Virus record (IMG/VR): IMGVR_UViG_3300027533_000048
Coordinates: 1 to 42,538 of that record
Direction: 5' to 3' (one strand)
Length of the DNA: 42,538 bases
DNA from: a virus
Lineage: Duplodnaviria; Caudoviricetes
The notes beneath the pieces were generated by a model. That model was given only the letters and a program-made list of their open reading frames with translations. It was not told the DNA's origin and did not search any database. The position numbers and the translations under genes are program-made. Of this stretch, positions 34,370 through 42,538 are shown piece by piece. The number at the start of each line of letters is the position of its first letter. The first letter of the stretch is position 1.

Positions 34370-34729
34370 CCAGCGCCGCACTATTAGCCCCCCATCGCGA
34401 GCTCGCCAGGTACCTGGGCCCGAGAATACCCGACCAAAATACTCGGACATGAGTGTAAGCACTAACGGTTAGTGATCACTGGGGCGAATCATTCTCATTT
34501 GGACGGGCACAATGCGCCCAGGAGCGTCATGTGACGTGCCGCGGCACTGGGCACAGAGCGTGCCAGCGCGACCGGCGCACCTTGAGCCCGAAACGGGACT
34601 CCAGCCGCGGCGCGGTCCGGCCCGGGACGCAGTCGCAATCAGCCGTGAGCGTGGCACCATGCCCGTGAGCCAGCGCTCACTGAGTCCTCACTCTCTGTTC
34701 CACGGGAAACATTCTCGCTATCATGCCGC

Positions 34730-35116
34730 ATGGACGAGCCCACGCCCCTGCCGCCACCACGCCTGGAGCCTGAGATGATCTCCCACGCCACCACGCCCTC
34801 CTACGCACCCCCGGCACCTTACCTCGACCTACCTCCTGCACCTACCGGCGTCGTAGCCGCACCGCCCTCGCCGGCGGACACCCTGCAAGCGAGCGTCACG
34901 GGCGCGGTGACCGACGCCCTGCACAAGCTCGACCTGGTCAGCTACCTCGAACTCCTGGCCCGCACGGAGCCGCGCACCTTCAGACAGTGGGTGGAGATGG
35001 CGCTGCCCAAGCAATCGCGGCAGGGCACCAATCAGGCAGTGATCGTGAACATGCACAGCGCACTGCCGAAATCACCCCTGGACGACCTCCCGCCGGGTTT
35101 CGACCTCCACCGCTAG
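34730..35116 (+). CDS. Putative terminase small subunit
   Basis: Directly upstream of terL. VSYLELLARTEPRTF...ALPK resembles podovirus TerS oligomerisation helices. No SD; TATCAT at 34719-34724 suggests a leaderless start. Confidence 0.6.
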   Translation: MDEPTPLPPPRLEPEMISHATTPSYAPPAPYLDLPPAPTGVVAAPPSPADTLQASVTGAVTDALHKLDLVSYLELLARTEPRTFRQWVEMALPKQSRQGTNQAVIVNMHSALPKSPLDDLPPGFDLHR

Positions 35117-35139
35117 CGCGCCGCGCCGACCCCCGCACC

Positions 35140-36489
35140 GTGCAGTACCGCCCGCGCTCGTTCTTCATCGACTTCCACAACCGGAGCAAGCGCTGGAGTG
35201 TCCTGGTCTGCCACCGGCGGGCGGGCAAGACGGTGGCGGCGATCAACGACATCGTGGAGCGCGCGCTGAAGACGGCGAAGGTAGTGAGCGCCAACCCGCC
35301 GCAGTACGCGTACATAGCACCATTCCGCGAGCAAGCGAAGCGCGTGGCGTGGGACTACCTGATGCGCGCGACCTCCGCGCCCGGCATGCGCGTGGCGACC
35401 AACATCGCGGACCTGACCTGCACGCTGTTCAACGGCACCAAGATCATGCTGTTCGGGGCGGACAATCCCGACGCGATACGCGGCATCTACCTGGATGGCG
35501 TGGTCATCGACGAGCCGGCGATGATGCGCCCGCGCGTGTTCTCGGAAGTGATCCGGCCTCTCCTGGCCGATCGCAAAGGGTGGTGCGTGTTCATCGGCAC
35601 GCCCGCGGGGAAGAACGAGTTTTGGCGCTTAAGAGAAGAGGCCCGCACCAACCCCGACGAGTGGTTCTACATGGAGTTGCGCGCGTCCGAGTCGGGCATC
35701 CTCGACGCGGCCGAACTCGCCGGCGCGCGCCGCGTCATGTCCGAGGACGAGTACCTGCAGGAGTTCGAGTGCAGCTTCGACGCCGCCATCCGCGGCGCCT
35801 ACTATGGGCGGATTTTGAACGATATGGGGAACCGGATTGGCGCATATCCTCACGACCCGATGCTGCCGGTGCATGTGTCCCTTGATCTGGGTTATACCGA
35901 CTCCACCGCGCTGTGGTACTGGCAAGCCCTCGGCAATGAACTGCGTTACATCCGCGCCGAGGAGCATAGCGGGCTGGCGCTTTCCGATTACGTTGACATC
36001 ATGCGCGCGCAGCCGTACGTTTATGGTGACGTGTGGCTACCGCATGATGCTCGGGCCAGATCACTGCAAACCGGACGATCAATCCTGGAACTCCTGCGCT
36101 ACCAGCACGGGATCAAGTGCGACATCGCGCCGGAGTTTTCCGTGCAGCAGGGCATCCAGGCGGCGCGCTTCGTGCTGACCTCCGCCACCACCTACCTGGA
36201 CGCCGTGGGCTGCGCCGAAGCGATCGAGGCGCTGCGCCAGTACCAGCGCGAGTTCGATGACAAGAAACAGGCGTTCAAGGAGCAGCCCAAGCACGATTGG
36301 ACGAGCCACTACGCCGACTCCTTCCGCTACAGCGCGCTGATCGCGCACCGCGGCGCGCGCGAGGGGGTCAACCGGATCACGCCCACCAACACCCCGCCGC
36401 TGTACGATCGCAGCAAGCCCTTCGGCGGCAACGTGAAGCTGGAGGAGTGTTGGAGTACAGTGCCGGGTGAGCGAGAACTGAGGTACTAG
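35140..36489 (+). CDS. terL: Terminase large subunit
   Basis: HRRAGKT Walker A, IRGIYLDGVVIDE Walker B, IGTPAG, DLGYTDST nuclease motif and HDWTSHYADSFRY. Start uncertain. Confidence 0.93.
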   Translation: MQYRPRSFFIDFHNRSKRWSVLVCHRRAGKTVAAINDIVERALKTAKVVSANPPQYAYIAPFREQAKRVAWDYLMRATSAPGMRVATNIADLTCTLFNGTKIMLFGADNPDAIRGIYLDGVVIDEPAMMRPRVFSEVIRPLLADRKGWCVFIGTPAGKNEFWRLREEARTNPDEWFYMELRASESGILDAAELAGARRVMSEDEYLQEFECSFDAAIRGAYYGRILNDMGNRIGAYPHDPMLPVHVSLDLGYTDSTALWYWQALGNELRYIRAEEHSGLALSDYVDIMRAQPYVYGDVWLPHDARARSLQTGRSILELLRYQHGIKCDIAPEFSVQQGIQAARFVLTSATTYLDAVGCAEAIEALRQYQREFDDKKQAFKEQPKHDWTSHYADSFRYSALIAHRGAREGVNRITPTNTPPLYDRSKPFGGNVKLEECWSTVPGERELRY

Positions 36490-36491
36490 CC

Positions 36492-39248
36492 ATGACCGTC
36501 GAGTCCGATCCGTCTGCCGGCGCCAACCCCGCCAACAAGGAAGCCGCCAACACCATGAGCGACTTCGGGCCGGTGGGCACGCCGCAAGCGCTGGCCGCGT
36601 ACTGGAAAGAGGAGATCAAGGCCTCGAACAAGGACCCGCTGCGCGCCAAGTGGCAGGAGCGTGCGGCGCGCATCGTGAAGCGCTACCGTGACGACCGGGG
36701 GAACGATGGAGGCATTGCCGACCACCAGAAACGCTACAACATCTTTTGGTCTAACGTACAGACCATCATGCCCGCGATGTATGGAAAACGTCCGGAACCC
36801 TGTGTCGTACGCCGCTATCTCGATCCGGACAGCGTTGCGCGTGTCGCCGCGATCATTCTGGAAAGAACATTGTGTTTTCAGATGGACTCGCAGACCCGTT
36901 TCTATGATGCGATGCGCTCAGCCCTTCAAGATCGTCTTGTTCCCGGAATTGGGACCGTTTGGGTTCGGTATCAGGAGGGACAGAAAAGCCCGACCAACAC
37001 AGTGACCAACGACTATTACGCCAAGCTCACCGGCGAGATGGCGGAGGTCGATTACGTCTATTGGGAAGATTTCGGCTTCGTAGCGGCGCGCACCTGGGAG
37101 GAGGTGCCCGCGGTGTGGCGCATCGTCCACATGAACCGCGAGCAGCTGGTGAAGCGCTTTGGCGAGAAGATCGGCGGCGAGTGCCCGCTCGATCACATCC
37201 CGGCGCGCCACCGCAGCCCGGCCGGCGGGTCCACCAGCGAGACTGACGAGCCGAAAACGGCGGTGTTCAAGCAAGCCGAGATCTACGAGATCTGGGACAA
37301 GCGCACCAGCAAGGTCATTTGGCTCAATATGGGCATGAACGTCCCGCTCGACGTGAAAAAAGACCCGGTGCGCTTCCCCGGATTCTTCCCGTGCCCGAAA
37401 CCGCTGTTCGCCACCAACACCACGGGGAATTTGATCCCGATCCCCGATTTTGCACTCTACCAGGACCAGGCCAACGAGCTCGACAACATCACCCAGCGTC
37501 TGAACCTGCTCACCAAGGCGCTGAAGGTGGTCGGCGTCTACGATCAGGGTCAGTCGGGCGTGCAGCGCATGCTCACCGAGGGTGTCGACAACCAGTTGAT
37601 CCCGGTGGACACCTGGGGGGCGTTCGCGGAGAAGGGCGGGTTGAAGGGCGTGGTCGACTTCATGCCGATCGACCAGATCATCGTGGTGGTGGAGAAGCTG
37701 TACGAGATTCGCGCCAAGCTGATCGAGGACATCTACCAGATCACCGGCATCAGCGACATCGTGCGCGGGGCGAGCAACCCGTCCGAAACGGCGACAGCGC
37801 AGAAGATCAAGGCGCAGTTCGCGTCGGTGCGGCTGGATGACATGAAGTCGCAGATGGGCCAGTTCGTCACCGACACGCTGCGCCTCATGGGCTGGATCAT
37901 CACCGAATTCTTCCCCGAGGACGTGATCATCGCGCAGAGCGCGATCATGCAGTCGCCCGACGGGCAGGAAGCGATCAAGGAAGCACAAGCCGCAATGGCG
38001 CCGCCGCCCGCTCCGCCAGGCCCGCCCGGCGCGGCCCCCTCGCCGCCCGGTCCTCCGCCTGGCCCCGGTGCGGGGGCGCCACCGATGGGCATGAGCGGCC
38101 CGCCGCCGGGACCGCCCGCGGTGCCGGGACTGCCGCCGGGGATGCCGGGCGTGCAGATGGGCGCGCAGAGCATGCCGCCGCCGAACGGCATGCAGATGGG
38201 CGGGATGCCGGGCATGAACGGCGCCGCTCCGCCCCCGCCCGGTGGGATGCCGCCGGGAGCGCTCGGGCCTTACGGTCCGTTGCCGATGGGGCCGGCGCCC
38301 GCACCCACCGCGGTGGGGATCGTGAAGCAGGCGATCGACATGCTGAAAAAGGGCAAGGATGTCGACTTCCGCATCGAGATCATCGCGGAGTCGATGATCG
38401 CCAACGACTACAGCGCGGAGCGCGAGGAGCGCACGGCGTTCATCACGTCGACATCGACGTTCATGCAGAACGCGCTGCCGCTGCTCAAAGCCAACCCCGA
38501 GTTGGCGCCGCTGGTGCAATCGCTGATGATGTTCGGCGTGCGCTCGTTCAAAGCCGGGCGCGATCTGGAGGGTGTGATCGAATCATCGCTGACCAAGTTC
38601 GCCAGCAAGCCAGCGCCGCCCCCGCCGCCCGACCCGAAGGTGGAAGCCATCAAGGCGCAGGGCATGGCGGACCAGGCCAAGCACCAGCAGGAGATGCAAG
38701 CCGCGCAAGCCGCAGGTGCCGCCGCGCAGCAGAAGCATCAGCAGGAGATGCAAGCCTCGCAACAGGCGCTCATGCTCTCCAAGCAGGAGGGCGATCAGAA
38801 GTTGCAGTTCGCGGCGCAGAAGCACGCCGAGGAGATGGAAGCGTTCCGCAAGAAAACACAGGCCGAGGTCGAAGCCATCCTCATCATGGCGAACGTGAAG
38901 GCGGGAGTGGCGCGCGATGCGGCAGCAGCGAAGGCGGAAGGTGAAGCGCAGTTGCAGGAGGTCGCTGTCCAGGGCCGCGCCGCAGACATGGCGCAGGATT
39001 TGGCCCAAGGGGAGGAGAAACATGGACAGGAAATGCAGCACGGCGCGGAAGGGCACGCACTAGACCTGGCGGCGAAGGAAGCCGGTGCGGAGCAGGGTCT
39101 AGTACAGGGCGAGCAGCAGCACGAACAGGGTTTGGAGCAGGGCGCAGAGCAGCACGAAGCGAACCTCGGGCAACAGGAGGAAGCGGCGGAGCAGACGCTG
39201 GAGCAGCAAGAGAAAGCCGCGAAGGCGAAGCTGAAGTCGGCGGAATGA
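36492..39248 (+). CDS. Portal protein with Pro-rich insertion and long Q/E-rich tail
   Basis: Follows terL. YNIFWSNVQT, IYEIWDK, FFPCPKPL and ITGISDIVRG...ETATAQ are P22-like portal motifs. Confidence 0.88.
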   Translation: MTVESDPSAGANPANKEAANTMSDFGPVGTPQALAAYWKEEIKASNKDPLRAKWQERAARIVKRYRDDRGNDGGIADHQKRYNIFWSNVQTIMPAMYGKRPEPCVVRRYLDPDSVARVAAIILERTLCFQMDSQTRFYDAMRSALQDRLVPGIGTVWVRYQEGQKSPTNTVTNDYYAKLTGEMAEVDYVYWEDFGFVAARTWEEVPAVWRIVHMNREQLVKRFGEKIGGECPLDHIPARHRSPAGGSTSETDEPKTAVFKQAEIYEIWDKRTSKVIWLNMGMNVPLDVKKDPVRFPGFFPCPKPLFATNTTGNLIPIPDFALYQDQANELDNITQRLNLLTKALKVVGVYDQGQSGVQRMLTEGVDNQLIPVDTWGAFAEKGGLKGVVDFMPIDQIIVVVEKLYEIRAKLIEDIYQITGISDIVRGASNPSETATAQKIKAQFASVRLDDMKSQMGQFVTDTLRLMGWIITEFFPEDVIIAQSAIMQSPDGQEAIKEAQAAMAPPPAPPGPPGAAPSPPGPPPGPGAGAPPMGMSGPPPGPPAVPGLPPGMPGVQMGAQSMPPPNGMQMGGMPGMNGAAPPPPGGMPPGALGPYGPLPMGPAPAPTAVGIVKQAIDMLKKGKDVDFRIEIIAESMIANDYSAEREERTAFITSTSTFMQNALPLLKANPELAPLVQSLMMFGVRSFKAGRDLEGVIESSLTKFASKPAPPPPPDPKVEAIKAQGMADQAKHQQEMQAAQAAGAAAQQKHQQEMQASQQALMLSKQEGDQKLQFAAQKHAEEMEAFRKKTQAEVEAILIMANVKAGVARDAAAAKAEGEAQLQEVAVQGRAADMAQDLAQGEEKHGQEMQHGAEGHALDLAAKEAGAEQGLVQGEQQHEQGLEQGAEQHEANLGQQEEAAEQTLEQQEKAAKAKLKSAE

Positions 39249-39907
39249 GATTTTACGCTGACGATGTGAAGGTGGGCGACATCACGATGGCGCTGCGCGA
39301 TGCGGGTGTGTCGATACTTCAGACGCATCTGCTGGCGCCGACGGAGCGCGAACACGTCGCGGCGCTGCTGCACTTCTTCGAGCCGGTCGAGAATAGCCTG
39401 ATCCTCGATCTCGGCGCGGGGACCGGCGCGGTGGCGGACATGATGCAGGACGCGCGTGGCGATCTGCAGTTCATCCTGCTCAATCAGTCGCAGTCGCAGC
39501 TCGACCTCGCGCGGACGATACATCGCAAGATTCATGGCGACTTCCAGAACATCCCATCGCTACCGGTGCAACCCAACGCGGTGATGATGACCTACGCGCT
39601 CGGTCACGGGGATTTGCGGCGCACGCTGTCGGAGGTGGCGCGGGTGCTGCCGCGCGGCGGGCTGTTCTTCCTCTACGATCTCACCGCGCGGAACCACGCA
39701 CTGGCGCTGCAGACCGAACTTGAGTACAGCGCGTACCCGGCGCGGCGCATCATACGCCTCGCGGACGAGTACGGGATGGGTCTGTCGCGGGCGCAAGCGC
39801 CGGATGACCTGTTCTCGGATCACATGCTGAAACTGATGTCGCAGGAGCAGTACGACGAGATATTCGACGGCGTGGTGCCGATGCTGTTCCGCTTCGTGAA
39901 GCTATGA
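39245..39907 (+). CDS. Class I SAM-dependent methyltransferase
   Basis: ILDLGAGTG motif I, HGDF, EVARVLPRGG. ATGA overlap with the portal stop. Confidence 0.85.
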   Translation: MRFYADDVKVGDITMALRDAGVSILQTHLLAPTEREHVAALLHFFEPVENSLILDLGAGTGAVADMMQDARGDLQFILLNQSQSQLDLARTIHRKIHGDFQNIPSLPVQPNAVMMTYALGHGDLRRTLSEVARVLPRGGLFFLYDLTARNHALALQTELEYSAYPARRIIRLADEYGMGLSRAQAPDDLFSDHMLKLMSQEQYDEIFDGVVPMLFRFVKL

Positions 39908-40230
39908 AACGACGCTTTCGCTACAGCAAGGAACTGGACGCGCTGGTGGAGATCCCCATCGACGACGGTTTCGAGCCGACCGTGGGCATTCACGGCGACA
40001 TCGAGCCGTTCATCTCGCCGCGCGATGGGACCGTCATCAAGAGCAGGGCGCACATGCGTGACTACATGGCAAAGCATAGCCTCGTCCACTTCGACCCAAC
40101 AGCGAAACGAGAAGAAGATCGCTACGCCAGCGGCCACGCAGACCGCGCCCTGCGCGAACAACTCTACGAACGTGTGGACAAGCTCGTCCGCGACCCGGCG
40201 GTGCGCCGGTACATCCGCACCCGCAGATAA
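39904..40230 (+). CDS. Conserved phage head-module protein
   Basis: DIEPFISPRDGTVIKSRAHMRDYM motif; ATGA coupling. Confidence 0.7.
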   Translation: MKRRFRYSKELDALVEIPIDDGFEPTVGIHGDIEPFISPRDGTVIKSRAHMRDYMAKHSLVHFDPTAKREEDRYASGHADRALREQLYERVDKLVRDPAVRRYIRTRR

Positions 40231-40247
40231 CCTGACGAGAGAAAATC

Positions 40248-41276
40248 ATGGAAAATGGACAAGACGTAACCGCTAACGAGGATGTCACCCCGTCACTGGG
40301 TGAAGCCCTCACGACTGCGCTCGAACAGCGCGAAAGCGCCCAGCCCGCGGCGGCACCGGAGCCCCTTCGCTCGTCAGGTGAGGATGCTCCCGCCGCCGCG
40401 GTGCCTGGGCCCAGAACGGACGGACGCGATGAATTCGGACGATTCAAGCCGAAAGACCCCGCCGCCGCTCCCGGCGCTGCTCCTGCCCAAACCCCCGCTG
40501 CCCCGGCGACCCCGCCCGCCGCCGCGGAAGCGCCGGCGTCCTGGCGCGACGACGTAAAACCGCTGTACGCCGGGCTCCCGGAGCCGGTGAAGGCATACGT
40601 CCACCAGCGCGAGAACGAGCTGCAGCAGGGCTTCCAGAAGGTGTCCCAGCGCGCCGGCGTGGCCGAGGCGGTGCTTGGGGAGTTCGCGCCCTACGCGACG
40701 GTGCTGGAAGCCGAGAAGGCCACGCCGATCGAGGCGATCCGCACGCTGCTGCAGACCGCGCACGCGCTCCGCACCGGCGGGCCTGAGTACAAGAAGGCGA
40801 TCATCCTGGGCCTGGTGCAGCAGTACGGCGTCGACATGTCGACGGAGTTGAACCCGCAAGCCGCCAAGACCGAGGCGGAGCTTGCCCGGCTGCAGAACGA
40901 GCAACTGTACGGCCAGGCGCGGCAGCAGAGTGCGCTGACGCAGGAAGTCACCAACGAGTTCACGGCGTTCGCCAACGACCCGGCCAACGAGTTCTTCCCG
41001 CAGGTGCGCCAGATCATGGGCGGGCTGGTCGGGCAGGGTTACGCCAAGTCGCTGCGCGAGGCGTACGACATGGCGATCGGGATGCACCCCGAGGTGCGGA
41101 ACACGATCTGGTCCCGCGCACAGCAAGCCGCGGTCGAGCAGCCCCGCAAGCGCGCCGCGGCGAACATGAGCGTGACCAACTCGGTCGGCGCCGGCCACAT
41201 GGTCCCGGCCAAGGGGGACAAGCGGGACACGTCGATCCGCGCCAGCATCGAGGCCGCGATGGGGGATGCCGAATAG
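40248..41276 (+). CDS. Capsid scaffolding protein
   Basis: Acidic/Ala-Pro N-terminus, RDEFGRF, APASW, helical body, located just before the MCP. Confidence 0.75.
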   Translation: MENGQDVTANEDVTPSLGEALTTALEQRESAQPAAAPEPLRSSGEDAPAAAVPGPRTDGRDEFGRFKPKDPAAAPGAAPAQTPAAPATPPAAAEAPASWRDDVKPLYAGLPEPVKAYVHQRENELQQGFQKVSQRAGVAEAVLGEFAPYATVLEAEKATPIEAIRTLLQTAHALRTGGPEYKKAIILGLVQQYGVDMSTELNPQAAKTEAELARLQNEQLYGQARQQSALTQEVTNEFTAFANDPANEFFPQVRQIMGGLVGQGYAKSLREAYDMAIGMHPEVRNTIWSRAQQAAVEQPRKRAAANMSVTNSVGAGHMVPAKGDKRDTSIRASIEAAMGDAE

Positions 41277-41306
41277 TTGACACGCTCGTTCGGCGGCGCG
41301 TAGGAT
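41277..41306 (+). promoter_or_regulatory. sigma70-type promoter for the major capsid gene
   Basis: TTGACA (41277-41282), 18-bp spacer, TAGGAT (41301-41306). Confidence 0.7.
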
Positions 41307-41443
41307 TCCGCTGTCAGCCCCCCGACCACACCCGCGAGCAACGACGAGCCGAAGCGGGCCAGCGTGTCGGCACACCCCTAGTCGGGCCAGCGCAAGGCGA
41401 CCAGTAACAGCACCGCCCCATCCACCGACTAGGAGGTTTCATC

Positions 41444-42415
41444 ATGGCATTCCCGAACGCAGCCGTCAGCGATGTGATCGCAACCACGATCCAATCGCGC
41501 ACGGGCATCGTGGCCGATAACGTCACGAAGAACAACGCAATCCTCACCAAGCTGTCCGAGAGCGGCAACATCAAGCCCTTCGGCGGCGGCAACGTCATCA
41601 TGCAAGAGTTGTCGTATCAAGAGAACGGCAACGCGGGCTGGTACTCGGGCTATCAAGCCCTGCCGATCGGGGCGCAGGATGTCATCAGTGCCGCGCAGTA
41701 CGACATCAAGCAAGCCGCTTGCGCGGTCACGATGTCGGGCCTGGAAATGCTGCAAAACTCCAGCAAAGAGCAAATCATCGACCTCATGGAAGCCCGCATC
41801 AAGGTCGCGGAATCCACGATGTCGAACCTGATTTCGCAAGGCCTGTACTCCGACGGCACCGCCGCCGGTGGCAAGCAGATCACCGGCCTCGCGGTCGCGG
41901 TGAGCAAGACGCCGACCGCCGCCGGAACGTACGGCGGGATCGACCAGGTGGCGTGGCCGTTCTGGCAGAACAAGGCGACGATCGCCGCCGGTACGACCGC
42001 TGCCAACATCCAGCAACGCTTCAACGCCATGTACGCGGCGACGGTGCGCGGCGCGGATCACATCGACTTGATCATGGTCGACAACGCCTACTGGGGGCTT
42101 TACATGGCCTCGCTGCAAGCGCTGCAACGCTTCACCGACAGCAAGATGGCGAAGTTGGGCTTCCCGTCCGTGCAGTACATGCAGTCGGACGTGGTGCTGG
42201 ACGGCGGCATCGGCGGTTACGACCCGGTGAGCACGGCGTACTTTCTCAACACGAAGTACCTGTTCCTGCGTCCGCACCGCGATCGCAATTTCGTAGCACT
42301 CGACCCGTCGAAGCGCTACAGCGTCAATCAGGACGCCGTGGTGCAGCTCCTGGCGTGGGCGGGCAACCTCACGGTGTCCGGTCGCCAGTTCCAGGGCGTC
42401 ATGGCCGACGCCTAA
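41444..42415 (+). CDS. Major capsid protein
   Basis: AGGAGG SD. ATTIQSR...DNVTKNNA, LYSDGT, YGGID, YFLNTKYL and WAGNLT motifs; follows the scaffold. Confidence 0.88.
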   Translation: MAFPNAAVSDVIATTIQSRTGIVADNVTKNNAILTKLSESGNIKPFGGGNVIMQELSYQENGNAGWYSGYQALPIGAQDVISAAQYDIKQAACAVTMSGLEMLQNSSKEQIIDLMEARIKVAESTMSNLISQGLYSDGTAAGGKQITGLAVAVSKTPTAAGTYGGIDQVAWPFWQNKATIAAGTTAANIQQRFNAMYAATVRGADHIDLIMVDNAYWGLYMASLQALQRFTDSKMAKLGFPSVQYMQSDVVLDGGIGGYDPVSTAYFLNTKYLFLRPHRDRNFVALDPSKRYSVNQDAVVQLLAWAGNLTVSGRQFQGVMADA

Positions 42416-42454
42416 AACCCCTCCACATAACGGAAGAACTCCGAAAGGGAAATC

Positions 42455-42538
42455 ATGCCAGCAATCATCACACCTCTGATCGGCGCATCGCTGTTGCAAG
42501 TCTGGAAGCCGCCCGGCGGCGTCACGGTGCCCCCGCAA
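42455..42538 (+). CDS. N-terminal part of the putative decoration protein (continues at the window start)
   Basis: AAGGG SD, MPAIITPLIGASLL..., open to the window end. Confidence 0.6.
   Translation, partial: MPAIITPLIGASLLQVWKPPGGVTVPPQ

Noticed and set aside
34469-34778. Short ORFs in the intergenic control region
   Set aside because: No SD, low-information sequence, and overlap with palindromic regulatory elements.
40232-40245. CTGACGAG...GAAA resembling a hammerhead ribozyme core
   Set aside because: No stem II and no flanking stems I/III; the same applies at 2839.

Overview
A near-complete, circularly permuted ~42.5 kb GC-rich podovirus-type dsDNA phage genome. The window starts and ends inside the gene that follows the major capsid gene. 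The + strand arm (34730 to the end, then 1-18816) encodes terminase small and large subunits, portal, a SAM methyltransferase, scaffold, major capsid, decoration and DUF4082 proteins, adaptor, nozzle, a GNAT protein, ejection proteins interrupted by a PAPS-reductase-family gene, tail fibre, an Ig-like (Big_1) repeat protein, a lipoprotein and a PEP-CTERM protein. The - strand arm (33935 down to 18866) encodes small early genes, an SSB-like protein, a family A DNA polymerase with an N-terminal Mom/GNAT-like domain, a Cas4-like nuclease, HNH, VRR-NUC, SNF2 helicase, primase-VapE helicase and a two-frame C5 DNA methyltransferase. The arms diverge at a noncoding region rich in CCGATCC repeats (likely origin) and converge at a bidirectional terminator. 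I recognise no integrase, repressor, RNA polymerase, endolysin or tRNA. The most notable signals are a phage-borne PEP-CTERM gene that keeps an apparent sigma54 promoter and upstream enhancer, the Mom-like/PolA fusion, a possible -1 frameshift joining TerS and TerL, and the overlapping-frame methyltransferase. All assignments come from motif recognition by eye; no searches were run.
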